A stretch of 64,000 nucleotides of DNA from an uncultured bacterium (GCA_963722655.1 CAVRNT010000001.1:244994-308993); one strand, 5' to 3'. Counted from the first letter of the stretch, positions 33,579 through 44,357 are shown. Numbers and translations: made by a program. The notes: generated from the letters alone by a model not told the origin.

Positions 33579-34064
33579 ATGGCCGACATTTGGAAAATAG
33601 CCGTCTTCATCCTCCTCCTCGCCGCCGCGCTATTTTTGAGCGGCGCCCGTTTCATCTCCTTCGGCGGAGTCGCGCCGGACCTTCCGCTGCTCCTCTTCTT
33701 GCTCCTCTTCTTCCGGACGGAGGTCGGCCGGTCCTTGAAGCCTCTCACCTTCCTTTTCCTCATCGCCGCCTACCTCTTGTTCGCTCTGGTGATCTTCCGC
33801 TTTTGGTTTGCTCCGGCGCTCCTCCTCGGAGTCATCATCGCCATCCTATTCTTTTTTGGGCGGCGCTTGACCGGCGAGGCCTTCATCGATTTCATCATCG
33901 CGCTCGCTGTCGGGACGGTGGTCTTTTACGGTCTCGGCGCCGCCTTCTTCCACCGGCCGCTTTTGCCGTTCACGGCCGGAATGGAATTTCTGATCACTGC
34001 GGTCTTGGGCGCCATATTATGGTTCCCGGTCAGCTGGTTGGGTAAGATATTGCCGAGAAGATAA
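33579..34064 (+). CDS. mreD: rod shape-determining protein MreD (putative)
   Basis: 161-aa polytopic membrane protein between mreC and mrdA. Confidence 0.5.
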   Translation: MADIWKIAVFILLLAAALFLSGARFISFGGVAPDLPLLLFLLLFFRTEVGRSLKPLTFLFLIAAYLLFALVIFRFWFAPALLLGVIIAILFFFGRRLTGEAFIDFIIALAVGTVVFYGLGAAFFHRPLLPFTAGMEFLITAVLGAILWFPVSWLGKILPRR

Positions 34065-34067
34065 AAG

Positions 34068-35945
34068 ATGAAAAAGAACGAGATCGAATTGGAGGATATT
34101 TTGACGGACCACGCCGCCGAAGAAGACTTCGTCGAGGTACCGGTCGGCGACCGGGCCTTCCGAACGATGATGCTCCTCGCGCTCGTCCTCTCGCTCGTCG
34201 TCGTCTATCAAGTCCTCTATCTGAACGTCTTCCAGGGGAGTTTTTACGACCACCGGGCGCTCGTCAACATGAGCGATCCCAACGTGCAGATCGCGCCGCG
34301 GGGCATCATTTACGACCGGACCGGCAAGGCATTGGTCCAAAACGTCACCTCCTTCAACGTTTTTTTGACGCCGGGGTCGCTCCCCGATGACCCGTCGGCG
34401 CGTTCGGCGATCATCGCCCAAGCGGCGGGCATATTAGGTTTGGACCAGAACGCCATCCTTGAGGAGCTCGGCGCCAAGGACTGGAGCTTGAGCGACAAAC
34501 TGCCCCTCAAGGAGGACGTGAACCACGACGAGCTTGTCGCCCTTTCGGCCGCGAACCTCGCGGGCGTCGACGTCGAATCCGGCTTCAAACAGTCGCCCGT
34601 CACGCCTCTCGATCTTTCGCACGTTTTGGGATACACGGGGCTCGTCGGCGAGAGCGACCTTAAGGCGAACCAGGACCTCACGGTCGATGACCAGGTCGGC
34701 CGGGCCGGGCTCGAGGCGGAGTATGACGCCTATCTCCGGGGGACGGACGGCGAAAAACTGGTCCTCTCGAACGCCGCCGGCAAGGCCCAAACCGAGCGCA
34801 CCGTCCGCTTGCCCTCGCCCGGCGACGACGTCACGACCTACATCGACGCGGGACTTCAGGAATATTTCTATAATGACCTCCAAGCGGACATCCGCGCGTT
34901 GGGCCGGCAGATCGGCGTCGGCTTGGCCTTCGATCCGCAAAACGGCGAGGTGCTCGCCCTTTTCAACATCCCGTCATACGATCCGGGCAACGTTGCGGCG
35001 TCCTTGAACGGGCCGAACCAACCCCTCTTCGACCGGGCGGTCGCCGGTCTCTACAGCCCCGGCTCGACGATCAAGCCGCTAGATGCGGTCGGCGCCTTGG
35101 CTTCCGGCATCTTGAACCCCGATCACCAGATCTTCTCGCCGGGCTACCTCGACGTGCCGAACCCCTACGACCCGACGCATCCCAGCCGCTTCTTGGACTG
35201 GCAGTACCAAGGCTGGGTGGACCTCTACTCGGCGCTCGCGAAGTCGAGCGACGTCTACTTCTACGAGGTGGGCGGCGGTTTCGGCGATCAGACGGGACTC
35301 GGCATCACCCGCCTCAAGGAGTGGTGGCAGAAGTTCGGTTTGGGGGAGCCCACCGGCATCGACCTGCCGGGCGAAGCGAGCGGATTTTTGCCCGACCCGG
35401 CCTGGATGAAGAGTGCGAAGGGGGAGGACTGGCTTTTGGGTGACACCTTCAACGTCTCGATCGGCCAGGGCGACCTCACGGTCACGCCCGTGGAACTTTT
35501 GAACTACATCTCGGCCATCGCAAACGGCGGCAAGCTCTTCGCGCCGCGGGTGATGGAGAAGATCACCGATGCCGAGGGGAACGTCATTGCGGAAAGCCAG
35601 CCCAAGGTCCTCTCCGACCTCTCCGCCGAGATTGGACCCTACCTCAAGGACGTCCAGCAGGGGATGCGCGACGCCGTCACGAAACCCTACGGCACGGCCT
35701 ATCTGCTTCACGACCTGCCGCTCCCGGTCGCCGCGAAGACCGGTTCGGCCCAGGTCAAGAACAACACCGAGACGAACGCGCTCTTCGTCGGCTACGCCCC
35801 GGCGAATGACCCCCAGATCGCGCTACTCATCCTCGTCGAGAATGCCAAGGAAGGGAGCTTGAACGTCGTGCCGGTGGCGAGGGACGTTTTTTCGTGGTAT
35901 TATCAAAACCGGATATTGAACCAAGCGAAATCGACCAATGGATAA
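34068..35945 (+). CDS. mrdA: penicillin-binding protein 2 (peptidoglycan D,D-transpeptidase)
   Basis: SPGSTIKP (SxxK), SSD (SxN), KTGSA (KTG) motifs; N-terminal TM; follows mreBCD. Confidence 0.85.
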   Translation: MKKNEIELEDILTDHAAEEDFVEVPVGDRAFRTMMLLALVLSLVVVYQVLYLNVFQGSFYDHRALVNMSDPNVQIAPRGIIYDRTGKALVQNVTSFNVFLTPGSLPDDPSARSAIIAQAAGILGLDQNAILEELGAKDWSLSDKLPLKEDVNHDELVALSAANLAGVDVESGFKQSPVTPLDLSHVLGYTGLVGESDLKANQDLTVDDQVGRAGLEAEYDAYLRGTDGEKLVLSNAAGKAQTERTVRLPSPGDDVTTYIDAGLQEYFYNDLQADIRALGRQIGVGLAFDPQNGEVLALFNIPSYDPGNVAASLNGPNQPLFDRAVAGLYSPGSTIKPLDAVGALASGILNPDHQIFSPGYLDVPNPYDPTHPSRFLDWQYQGWVDLYSALAKSSDVYFYEVGGGFGDQTGLGITRLKEWWQKFGLGEPTGIDLPGEASGFLPDPAWMKSAKGEDWLLGDTFNVSIGQGDLTVTPVELLNYISAIANGGKLFAPRVMEKITDAEGNVIAESQPKVLSDLSAEIGPYLKDVQQGMRDAVTKPYGTAYLLHDLPLPVAAKTGSAQVKNNTETNALFVGYAPANDPQIALLILVENAKEGSLNVVPVARDVFSWYYQNRILNQAKSTNG

Positions 35946-36396
35946 GAACTATTTGACGCAGGAGCGCTATGACGCGCTCGTCGCGGAGCTCGGGAAGCTC
36001 AAGACGGAGGGGAGGCAGGCGGTTGCCAAGCGCCTCAAGTTCGCTAAGGAGCTCGGCGACCTTTCGGAGAACGCCGAGTACGAATCGGCCCGGGAGGAAA
36101 AGGCGGACCTCGAAAAGAAGATCGTCCAGCTTGAAGCGCTCCTCCAGAACGCCTCCATCATCAAGGGAGGGAACGGCGGCGACGTCGTGAAGGTCGGCTC
36201 CAAAGTGAAGCTGACAAAGGGGGAGACGACCTTGGAGTACACGGTCGTCGGTTCGAACGAGGCGGACCCTTTGAAGGGCCTGATCTCGAACTCATCCCCT
36301 TTGGGCAGGGAGATATTGGGCAAGCGGAGCGGCGACCAGGTGGCCGTCCAGACGCCGAAGGGACTCATCCAGTACCAGATCGTCTCCGTCCTCTAA
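35938..36396 (+). CDS. greA: transcription elongation factor GreA
   Basis: 152 aa; N-terminal coiled-coil LTQERYDALVAEL..., C-terminal FKBP-like domain. Confidence 0.85.
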   Translation: MDKNYLTQERYDALVAELGKLKTEGRQAVAKRLKFAKELGDLSENAEYESAREEKADLEKKIVQLEALLQNASIIKGGNGGDVVKVGSKVKLTKGETTLEYTVVGSNEADPLKGLISNSSPLGREILGKRSGDQVAVQTPKGLIQYQIVSVL

Positions 36397-36407
36397 ATTT
36401 TTTCCGT

Positions 36408-37850
36408 ATGTTGGAAGATCTCATCCAAGACAGGCGGCGGAAGCTCGACCGTTACGGCGAGGAGGTGGCCTATCCGGCGCGCGTGAGAAGAACGATGAAC
36501 ATCGCCGCGGCGCTCGAAAAGTTCGCCGCGCTCGCGCGGGCCAAAAAAAAGGTCTCGCTCGTGGGGCGGCTCATGTCCGTGCGCGACCAGGGGAAGATCA
36601 TCTTCGCCGATCTTAGAGACGAAGGCGGGGCGATCCAAATCCTCATCAAAAAGGACGAGACGAAGGATTTTGCCCGCCTGCGCTCGGCGCTCGACGCCGG
36701 GGACTTTTTGAGCGTCACGGGCGTTCTGACGAAGACCAAACGCGGGGAAAAGAGCATTGCGGCCAAAGAGGCAACGCTCGCCGCGAAGGCCCTCCGGCCG
36801 ATACCCAAGGAGTGGTTCGGCCTGGAGAACGAAGAGGTCCGCCTCCGCAAACGCTATTTGGATTCGATCTTGAACCCGGAGCTGCGGGGACTTTTCGCCA
36901 AGAAGAACCTTTTTTGGCAGACCGTCCGCCAGTTCCTCGCGGGCGAGGGATTTTTGGAGGTGGAGACGCCGGTTTTGGAAGGCGTGCCGGGCGGGGCCGA
37001 GGCCGAGCCGTTCATCACGCACCACAATGCGCTCGGCCGCGATTTCTATCTGCGCATCTCGTTGGAACTGCCTTTGAAGAAGATGCTCGTCGGCGGCTTC
37101 GAGAAGGTCTTCGAGATCGGCCGCATCTTCCGGAACGAGGGGATCGACCGCGAGCATCTGCAGGACTACTCCCAGATGGAGGTCTATTGGGCCTACGCCG
37201 ATTACAACGAGATGATGGCCTTGATGGAAAGGCTCTATAAAAAACTAGTGAAGGGTGTTTGCGGGTCGCTCAAGACCAAAAGCGGCGAGGTGACCATCGA
37301 TTGGGGCAAAAAGTGGCCGCATTACGGTTACTTCGAACTTTTCAGAAAATATTCCGGCCTCAATCTCAATAAGGCCTCGGTCAAGGACCTAAAGCGCAAA
37401 GCGAAGGAGCTGAAGGTCGCTTTCGACCCGAAATCCGGCAAGGGACGGCTCATCGACCTCATTTACAAAAAGACCGTCCGGCCGAAGCTCATCCAGCCCT
37501 GTTTTCTCGTCGACCCGCCGGTCGAGATCGAGCCCTTGGCGAAGCGCGTGCCGGGCGAGCCGGAAAAGGTGGAGCGTTTCCAAATAATGGCGGCCGGCAC
37601 GGAACTCGGGAAAGGGTTCTCGGAACTGAACGACCCGGTGGACCAGCGGAAGCGTTTCGAAAACCAGGCGGAGCTGCGTAGTGAGGGCGACAAGGAGGCT
37701 CAGATGACGAGCGAGGATTTCCTGGAGGCCTTGGAGTACGGGATGCCGCCGGCGGCCGGCTTCGGCGTTTCGGAAAGGCTCTTTGCGGTCATAGTGGACA
37801 AGCCGGTGCGGGAGACGGTCTTCTTCCCGCTGATGCGCGAAGAAAAATGA
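36408..37850 (+). CDS. lysS: lysyl-tRNA synthetase (class II)
   Basis: OB-fold N-domain, motif 2 FRNEGIDREH, motif 3 GTELGKGFSELND. Confidence 0.9.
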   Translation: MLEDLIQDRRRKLDRYGEEVAYPARVRRTMNIAAALEKFAALARAKKKVSLVGRLMSVRDQGKIIFADLRDEGGAIQILIKKDETKDFARLRSALDAGDFLSVTGVLTKTKRGEKSIAAKEATLAAKALRPIPKEWFGLENEEVRLRKRYLDSILNPELRGLFAKKNLFWQTVRQFLAGEGFLEVETPVLEGVPGGAEAEPFITHHNALGRDFYLRISLELPLKKMLVGGFEKVFEIGRIFRNEGIDREHLQDYSQMEVYWAYADYNEMMALMERLYKKLVKGVCGSLKTKSGEVTIDWGKKWPHYGYFELFRKYSGLNLNKASVKDLKRKAKELKVAFDPKSGKGRLIDLIYKKTVRPKLIQPCFLVDPPVEIEPLAKRVPGEPEKVERFQIMAAGTELGKGFSELNDPVDQRKRFENQAELRSEGDKEAQMTSEDFLEALEYGMPPAAGFGVSERLFAVIVDKPVRETVFFPLMREEK

Positions 37851-37854
37851 TCAA

Positions 37855-39111
37855 ATGTTGGATGTTAATTTAATCAGGGAAAAACCGGAGATCGTGAAGG
37901 AAGGCGTCGCGAAGAAGAACGCCGATCCGAAGATCGTGGACAAGTTCCTGCGCCTCGACGCCGACTGGCGGGTGCACACGAAGATCCTGGACGAGCTCAA
38001 GGGAGAGCAGAATGCCGTGAGCGAGGAATTGGCCAAGGAGCAGAAGGCCGACCTAATCAGCAAGGCCCAGCTCCTCAAGAAACGCATCACGGACATCGAG
38101 GCCGAGCGGGCGACGCTCGCCGGCAAGCGCGACGAACTCCTCGCCCGTTTGCCGAACCTGCCCTTCCCGGACGTCACGGTCGGCAAGGACGAGAGCGGCA
38201 ACAAGGTCATCCGCGAAGTGGGCAAGAAGCCCGATTTCGATTTTAAGCCACTGGATTATCTCGCCCTCGGCGAGAAGCTCGGCCTCATCGACGTCAAAAA
38301 GGCGGCGGCGGTCGCGGGCTCCCGCTTCGGGTATCTTTTGGGCGACGCGGTGCTTTTGGAATTCGCCCTCGTGAAGCTCGCGCTCACGACCCTTGCCAAA
38401 GAGGGCTTTACGCCCGTCGTGCCGCCGGATATGATCCGCGGCGAGGTTTATATGGAGATGGGTGCGCTCTCCGCGAAGGACAGGGAAGAAAGATATTACC
38501 TGCCCAAGGATGAACTTTATCTCATCGGTAGCGCCGAGCACACGCTGGGGCCGCTCCATATGGGGGACGTCTTGGACGAGAAAGACCTGCCGAAGCGCTA
38601 CGTCGGTTTTTCCGCCTGCTTCCGGCGCGAGGCCGGTTCGTACGGCAAGGACACCAAGGGCATCCTCCGCGTCCACCAGTTCGACAAGGTGGAGATGTTC
38701 TCCTTCGCCAAGCCCGAAGGCTCCGAGGAAGAACACAAGCATCTCTTGGGCTTTGAGGAAAAGCTGATGCAGAAACTGGAACTGCCTTATCGGACCCTTG
38801 AGATCTGCACCGGCGACATGGGCTGGGTCGGGGCGCGGCAGTACGACGTCGAGACCTGGTTCCCGAACCAAGGGGCGTATCGTGAGACCCACTCCTGCTC
38901 CAACACGACCGATTTCCAAGCGCGGGGGATCAACGCCAAATACAAAACGAAGGGCGGCAAGAAAGAGTTCGTCCACACCTTGAACGCGACCGCCTTCGCG
39001 ATCGGCCGGATGCTGGCCGCCATTTTCGAGAACTATCAGACGAAACAGGGGACGATCCGGGTGCCCAAAGTCCTCGTCCCGGACGTCGGCAAGGAAGAGA
39101 TCGGCGCTTAA
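37855..39111 (+). CDS. serS: seryl-tRNA synthetase
   Basis: N-terminal coiled-coil MLDVNLIRE..., class II motifs FRREAGSYGKDTKGILRVHQF, GDMG. Confidence 0.9.
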   Translation: MLDVNLIREKPEIVKEGVAKKNADPKIVDKFLRLDADWRVHTKILDELKGEQNAVSEELAKEQKADLISKAQLLKKRITDIEAERATLAGKRDELLARLPNLPFPDVTVGKDESGNKVIREVGKKPDFDFKPLDYLALGEKLGLIDVKKAAAVAGSRFGYLLGDAVLLEFALVKLALTTLAKEGFTPVVPPDMIRGEVYMEMGALSAKDREERYYLPKDELYLIGSAEHTLGPLHMGDVLDEKDLPKRYVGFSACFRREAGSYGKDTKGILRVHQFDKVEMFSFAKPEGSEEEHKHLLGFEEKLMQKLELPYRTLEICTGDMGWVGARQYDVETWFPNQGAYRETHSCSNTTDFQARGINAKYKTKGGKKEFVHTLNATAFAIGRMLAAIFENYQTKQGTIRVPKVLVPDVGKEEIGA

Positions 39112-39117
39112 AAGAAT

Positions 39118-39732
39118 ATGAAATTCCTGCGCTGGATATTCTATCTTGCGCTCGCCGCCGCTATCATTTACGGCGCCTATCTCGTTTACATGAAATGGGT
39201 GAACGGTGAGCCCATCTCCAGTTTGTGGCGGACGGCGAAAGAATACGCTTCGAGCACCGAAAGCGCGGTGAATTCCACGACCAAGACGGTGAACGCCGTC
39301 CAGACCGGCATCGCAAGTGCCACAGACGCCTTCGCCGCCGCCAAAACGTCAATTGGCGGCGTTTTGAGCGGCCTCGGGAGCGCCATTGAGGATCTCGGGA
39401 CCGGAATTTCAGGCGCGACCTCAACCTCTCCGGTTGCGGCCGCCCCGTCTCCGACGGTCGGCCCGGCACCCGCTCCGTCGAGCGGCGCTTTTCTCGTCCC
39501 GCCGCCGCCCGCGACCGTGACGACGGCCGTCGGGGCCCCGCTCTACTTTTCCCTGAACAGCGGCCAAAGCTATTCGATCTCGTGGGGGGACGGCGCAACG
39601 GACGCCGGCAGCTTGAACGCGAGCGAAGTCACCGTCGTCAAGCACTCGTGGTCCGCCGCCGGCGACTACATCGTGAAGGTCACGATCGACGCGAGCTCTT
39701 ACACTTTTCCCATCCGCGTTTATAATCAGTAG
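39118..39732 (+). CDS. membrane-anchored protein with PKD-like domain
   Basis: N-terminal TM, Ala/Pro-rich linker, C-terminal SISWGDGATDAG...DYIVKVTI (WGDG PKD motif). Confidence 0.55.
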   Translation: MKFLRWIFYLALAAAIIYGAYLVYMKWVNGEPISSLWRTAKEYASSTESAVNSTTKTVNAVQTGIASATDAFAAAKTSIGGVLSGLGSAIEDLGTGISGATSTSPVAAAPSPTVGPAPAPSSGAFLVPPPPATVTTAVGAPLYFSLNSGQSYSISWGDGATDAGSLNASEVTVVKHSWSAAGDYIVKVTIDASSYTFPIRVYNQ

Positions 39733-40533
39733 GTGATGCACGGTGGATACCAAGTGGGTCTTGTCTCCCGGCCGCGGCGGAAGCGCCGCCTTTTTTGGCT
39801 GATCTTTGGCGTCGGCGCCTTGCTCGTCGTTCTCGTCGGCGGTCTCTTTTACGCCCTGCGGAACGTCGCGTGGTTTCAGGTGGCCAAGTTCGACGTCACG
39901 GGGACGAGCTTGCCGGCCGACTCGGTCTTGAGCGCGCTCAAGGTCGCCGAAACGGGCAGCGGTTTACGCGGCCTCCTTGGCTCGGCGAACATCCTCTTTT
40001 GGCAGTTCGGCCGGCAGCCGGACGTTTCACTCAGCTTGCCCCTCGTCGCGAGCTTGGGGATCGAGCCGGACCTCTTCGCCCGGACCGTGAAGGTTTCGGC
40101 GACCGACCGGACGCTCTGGGGAATGGTCTGCGAATCGGGTGGAGTGACCTGCTACGGCGTTGACCAAAACGGCATCGTTTTCGCGCACGTTCCCCAAACG
40201 GAAGGGGTCTTGATACTCAAGGTAACGGACGCGAACGACCGGGCACTCATCCTCGGGGAGCCGTTTCTGCCTTCGCCCTCGTGGCTTCAGAACTTCATGG
40301 GCGTCCTGAACACCCTCGCCACGAGCGGTTACCCGGTCGCGAGCATCGCGATCGACGACTTCACGACGCACGCGTGGCACGCGACCCTCGCTTCGGGCCA
40401 GACGATGGATTTCAGCCTCGATTTCGTCCCGGCGAACTTCCGTTCGGTGCTTTCAGAGCTTAAGACCGAAATCAACTTCGCGAAGACGATGGACATCGAC
40501 TTCAGCGTCCCGCAGAGAATCTACTACAAATAA
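39733..40533 (+). CDS. FtsQ/DivIB-like cell-division protein (POTRA), putative
   Basis: Basic N-terminus, single TM, then FQVAKFDVTGTSL.. POTRA-like segment. Confidence 0.45.
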   Translation: MMHGGYQVGLVSRPRRKRRLFWLIFGVGALLVVLVGGLFYALRNVAWFQVAKFDVTGTSLPADSVLSALKVAETGSGLRGLLGSANILFWQFGRQPDVSLSLPLVASLGIEPDLFARTVKVSATDRTLWGMVCESGGVTCYGVDQNGIVFAHVPQTEGVLILKVTDANDRALILGEPFLPSPSWLQNFMGVLNTLATSGYPVASIAIDDFTTHAWHATLASGQTMDFSLDFVPANFRSVLSELKTEINFAKTMDIDFSVPQRIYYK

Positions 40534-40534
40534 A

Positions 40535-40966
40535 ATGGAAAAAGGAGTAGATTGTACCGGCATTACGATCGTCTTCTTCTGTCATGATGGGCAGGGAAAT
40601 TTCCTTTTTGGAAAAAGAGGGGCTAATGCTCGGGACGAAAATGGGTGCTGGGATGTTGGCGCCGGCGCATTGGAATTTGATGAAACGGTAGAGAACACGC
40701 TCCGCCGCGAAGTCAAAGAAGAATACTGCACTGATGTACTGGGTTACGAATTTTTGGGCTTTCACGACGTCCATCGGGAGTCCAAAAGCAGAAAGACCCA
40801 TTGGGTCGCCTTGGTTTTTAAAGTGCTTATTGACCGCGACAAGGTCAAAAATGGTGAGCCGCACAAGCTTGATGAAATCGGTTGGTTCAAATTGAATAAC
40901 CTTCCCCAGCCGCTCCATTCGCAGGGACCGGAGTTCCTTAAGCTCTTCAAGGACAAGTTACTTTAG
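40535..40966 (+). CDS. NUDIX hydrolase
   Basis: Nudix box GAGALEFDETVENTLRREVKEEY; GC is noticeably lower than its neighbours. Confidence 0.75.
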   Translation: MEKGVDCTGITIVFFCHDGQGNFLFGKRGANARDENGCWDVGAGALEFDETVENTLRREVKEEYCTDVLGYEFLGFHDVHRESKSRKTHWVALVFKVLIDRDKVKNGEPHKLDEIGWFKLNNLPQPLHSQGPEFLKLFKDKLL

Positions 40967-42781
40967 GTAATACACGAATATCGACGTGCCCACGCGGTAA
41001 TCGGGAGTCGGTACGCCGCCCAAGCCCGGCTGGAGTGGCTTCGCGAGGACGAGCCAGGAATAGGTGTCCGCGCTGTCACGGGTGACGCTCCCGCCCAGAG
41101 AATTTACCGCGCCCTCGAGCGTGTTCACCGAGACGGCGAGATAATGGATGCCTTGAGAGCGCGGGTCGCCTTGCTTGGACGACCAGTCCACCTCTTTGTC
41201 GCCCAAGTAATACTTCGGGTTCCCGCCGCCGAAGTAGTCCACGGCGATCTTCTGGATGTCATGCTCCTCGACGAAGGTCACGAGCCGCTTCAGGTCCTGC
41301 CCCCAGTCGTAGTTGGAGTCGTCGACGATGCGGTAACCATTTATCGTCCCGCCCGCGAACTCGTTGAAATAGGAGAGGAAATACGGGTAGGCGAAGGCGG
41401 TCTCGGCGCCCGCCCAGACGATAAGGACGATCAAAATGCTGCCCGCGACCCGCGCGGTCCTTTGGCCGCTTTCCGCGAAGAAGGATTTCAAGCTGCCGGC
41501 GGCCAAGACATAGAGCAGGGGAATGGTCGGTAAAAGGTGCCGGATGCCGATGTTCAGAGGGCTATGAATGCTGTAGGCCCAGTAGACGATGACGGTCAAT
41601 ATCATCGCGAATTCGGCGAGGTGGGTGCCGATGTAGTCGGCGAAGCTTTTGAAGCGCCCGCTCCGAAAAATTTTAGCGAAGAACCGCCGCAAGCCGAAGA
41701 CGAGGCCCAAAAAGACGATGACGAGCGCCGGGATGGTCTCCTTGAGGCCGAAAAGGACGGGGAAGTAGTTCCACCAGCCGGCATTCGAGACCTGGCCGAG
41801 GAAGTAATCGGTGTTGCCACCAGCGGAACGGGTGAAGGCCATCAAGACCCCGAGGAAATATTGGGCGATGGGGCGGGTCGCAACATTTCCCGCGATAGCG
41901 ATCTCGGCGTTCGCAACGGCCTTCACCTGGAAGCCGCTCATAATAGAAGTCGTATCGGAGACCTGTTTCTCCATCGGATAGTTCCAAGTGAAGACGAAGT
42001 AGACGGCGTAGATAACGGCGAGAGCGATGAGGAAGATGAGAAGAATCCTGCCGATGAATTTGAAGAACTCTTTCGGCCGGAACCTCTTTTTGCGGATCCA
42101 TTCACCGATCCAGAAGAAGATAAAGAGGAGGACAAAGAGGGGGATGAGGAGGGCCGTAGAGAACTTGGCGAGTTCGGCGACGCCCAGCAGCAGTCCGGCG
42201 ATCACGATCCGGCCGGCGGTCGGGCGCTCCAAGAATCGGACGAAGCTCCAAAGGCCGATCAGGAAACCGAAGGCGGCCGCCATGTCGGTCGTCACGTAAT
42301 GGCCGTGAGCGAGAACGGTCGGGGAGAGGGCGAAGAGGAAGGTTGGTAGGAGCGCCCAAAGCGGGCCGACGAGGGCGCGCGACCAGAGGTAAACGATGAG
42401 GATCGTGATGAGCGTGAGGATGATGGGGAAGAGCCGCGCCGTTTGGACGATCTGGTCGGCATTGTTGCCCGACTGGTACAAAAATTGCGTGCCGACGTCC
42501 CATTCGCCGTTCACGTCGGTCTGCCAGTGGACGCTCGCTGTCGGGAAATTTAGCTTCAAGGTAAGGAGAGGCAGAGTGGCGAGAGCTTTGAGGAGCGGAG
42601 GATGCTCGGGGTTCAGCCGGTAGTCCAAGAAGCGGGCGTAGCCGTACCCGGCCGGGATGTGGGCCAGCTCGTCCATCGTGGCCGATTCCCCTTGGGAAAC
42701 GGTGAACATCAAAAAGGCCGCGGCGGCGAGAATTAGGACAAGGGGAAGGATCTTTAAAGCAGCGCTGGGCTTGAAGGACAT
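40958..42781 (-). CDS. ArnT/PMT-like (GT39/GT83) polyprenyl-phosphate-dependent glycosyltransferase
   Basis: 607-aa polytopic membrane protein with an N-terminal DELAHIPAGYGYARFL...PPLLKAL motif characteristic of ArnT/PMT_2. Confidence 0.7.
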   Translation of the reverse strand: MSFKPSAALKILPLVLILAAAAFLMFTVSQGESATMDELAHIPAGYGYARFLDYRLNPEHPPLLKALATLPLLTLKLNFPTASVHWQTDVNGEWDVGTQFLYQSGNNADQIVQTARLFPIILTLITILIVYLWSRALVGPLWALLPTFLFALSPTVLAHGHYVTTDMAAAFGFLIGLWSFVRFLERPTAGRIVIAGLLLGVAELAKFSTALLIPLFVLLFIFFWIGEWIRKKRFRPKEFFKFIGRILLIFLIALAVIYAVYFVFTWNYPMEKQVSDTTSIMSGFQVKAVANAEIAIAGNVATRPIAQYFLGVLMAFTRSAGGNTDYFLGQVSNAGWWNYFPVLFGLKETIPALVIVFLGLVFGLRRFFAKIFRSGRFKSFADYIGTHLAEFAMILTVIVYWAYSIHSPLNIGIRHLLPTIPLLYVLAAGSLKSFFAESGQRTARVAGSILIVLIVWAGAETAFAYPYFLSYFNEFAGGTINGYRIVDDSNYDWGQDLKRLVTFVEEHDIQKIAVDYFGGGNPKYYLGDKEVDWSSKQGDPRSQGIHYLAVSVNTLEGAVNSLGGSVTRDSADTYSWLVLAKPLQPGLGGVPTPDYRVGTSIFVYYLK

Positions 42782-42825
42782 TTGGTATAATTATAGCAAT
42801 AAGCGGCGCTACGATAAGATTATCT

Positions 42826-43632
42826 ATGGATAAAAAACGAACGGAATCCGGTTTCTCCTTGGTGGAGCTTTTGATCTACATCGCAATCTTCGCCATCACG
42901 GCGGTCTTTATGGTTGCCATTCTCACGACCATCACCCGCATTCAGAACCGCCAATCCACCCAGAACGCGGTGGCGAGCCAGATCGATTTTGTCTCGAATG
43001 AAGTGACCCAGCTCGTCCACACCTCGAGCTTTGTCGACATGACGGTCGGCTCTGCGACCACCACCTTGAAGCTCCGGATGCCGCAGGCCGTCTACGACCC
43101 GACCTTGGTCTATTCGTCCGGCACGGCGATTTATCTTGCCCAAGGGACGAGCTCACCGGTCGCCCTCACGAACTCCACTGTCACGGTCGGGAATTTCCAG
43201 GCGACCAAGTACGAGAACCCCGGCGGGCCGGCGGTCGTCCAACTGGACATTAGTATGACCTACAACTCCACGAACCCGCAGGCGGCGGTCACCCAGACAT
43301 TGGACACGGCGATCGCCCGGGTCTCGGCGGCCTCGTTCGATTCCTCGGTCTATCCGACGGCCACGGGCACCATTACCATCGGCACCTCCCAGAACCCGTG
43401 GTACACTGGCTACTTCAACAACAACGTGACGATCGGCGGCCAGTACGGCCAGATCGCGCTCGGGACGACCTTCTCCGGTTCCACGAACGTCCTGCTCAAG
43501 GTGAACGGCAACATCGGCTTTTCGGCGACGGGGCAGGGGATCATCCTCTACGCGCCCAACGGCACCTCCTGCTTCCTCCTCGGCGTCTCGAACTCCGGCA
43601 TCGTGACGACCTCGACCATCACCTGCCCGTAG
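42826..43632 (+). CDS. type IV pilin-like protein (prepilin-type N-terminal cleavage/methylation domain)
   Basis: SGFSLVELLIYIAIFAI class III signal motif (G|FxLxE). Confidence 0.75.
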   Translation: MDKKRTESGFSLVELLIYIAIFAITAVFMVAILTTITRIQNRQSTQNAVASQIDFVSNEVTQLVHTSSFVDMTVGSATTTLKLRMPQAVYDPTLVYSSGTAIYLAQGTSSPVALTNSTVTVGNFQATKYENPGGPAVVQLDISMTYNSTNPQAAVTQTLDTAIARVSAASFDSSVYPTATGTITIGTSQNPWYTGYFNNNVTIGGQYGQIALGTTFSGSTNVLLKVNGNIGFSATGQGIILYAPNGTSCFLLGVSNSGIVTTSTITCP

Positions 43633-43742
43633 TCAGATCCGTTTCCGCCGGACCGGACTTGTCTACCCGGTCTTTTTAGTACATACTTTTCAAAAGCACC
43701 CCACAAAAGAATAAATCTGACAAAATAAACTTGGAGGTTTCC

Positions 43743-44246
43743 ATGAATTTTCTGATCGTCCTATTCCTGATCGTTGCCGCTATTTTCTCCCGTTTTCTGC
43801 CGCATCCCCCGAACTTCACACCGGTCATCGCCGTGATGTTATTCTCCGGAACGTATTTTAAAAAAGGATACGCTCTGTTCATCCCGCTCACGGTGATGCT
43901 CGTAAGTGACGCCTGCATTGGCTTTTATGATGTCTGCATGATGGTCGCTGTCTACGCGTCACTCGGCCTTGTAACCCTCTTCGGCGCCGCTTTGAATAAA
44001 AGGTTCGCGTTCAGTGGAGTGATGTATTACTCGCTTCTCGGATCGATCCTGTTCTTTATTGTGACCAACTTCGCCGTCTGGGCCTTCGGCTCGATGTATC
44101 CGATGACGTTTGCTGGTCTGGTCGAATGCTACACCCTCGCCATTCCGTTCTTCGAGAACGCTCTTGGGAGCACGCTTGTCTACGGAGCCGTGCTCTTCGG
44201 GATATACGAATTGAAGAAAGCCGTTTTTGAAATGGCTCTTGCTTGA
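43743..44246 (+). CDS. polytopic membrane protein (possibly ECF-type S-component-like)
   Basis: About 168 aa with 5 TM segments; RBS GGAGGtttccATG; followed by a strong terminator. Confidence 0.45.
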   Translation: MNFLIVLFLIVAAIFSRFLPHPPNFTPVIAVMLFSGTYFKKGYALFIPLTVMLVSDACIGFYDVCMMVAVYASLGLVTLFGAALNKRFAFSGVMYYSLLGSILFFIVTNFAVWAFGSMYPMTFAGLVECYTLAIPFFENALGSTLVYGAVLFGIYELKKAVFEMALA

Positions 44247-44269
44247 GTGTCCATCGGAAACAGATCTCT

Positions 44270-44307
44270 ACCCCACACCATAACATTCGGTGTGGGGATT
44301 TTTTTGA
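44270..44307 (+). terminator. rho-independent terminator
   Basis: CCCCACACCataacattcGGTGTGGGG followed by attttttt. Confidence 0.7.
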
Positions 44308-44357
44308 CAATCCGTCCAATGAGCGTTAGGTTAGGGAGAGGAAATTAAGAAAGGACG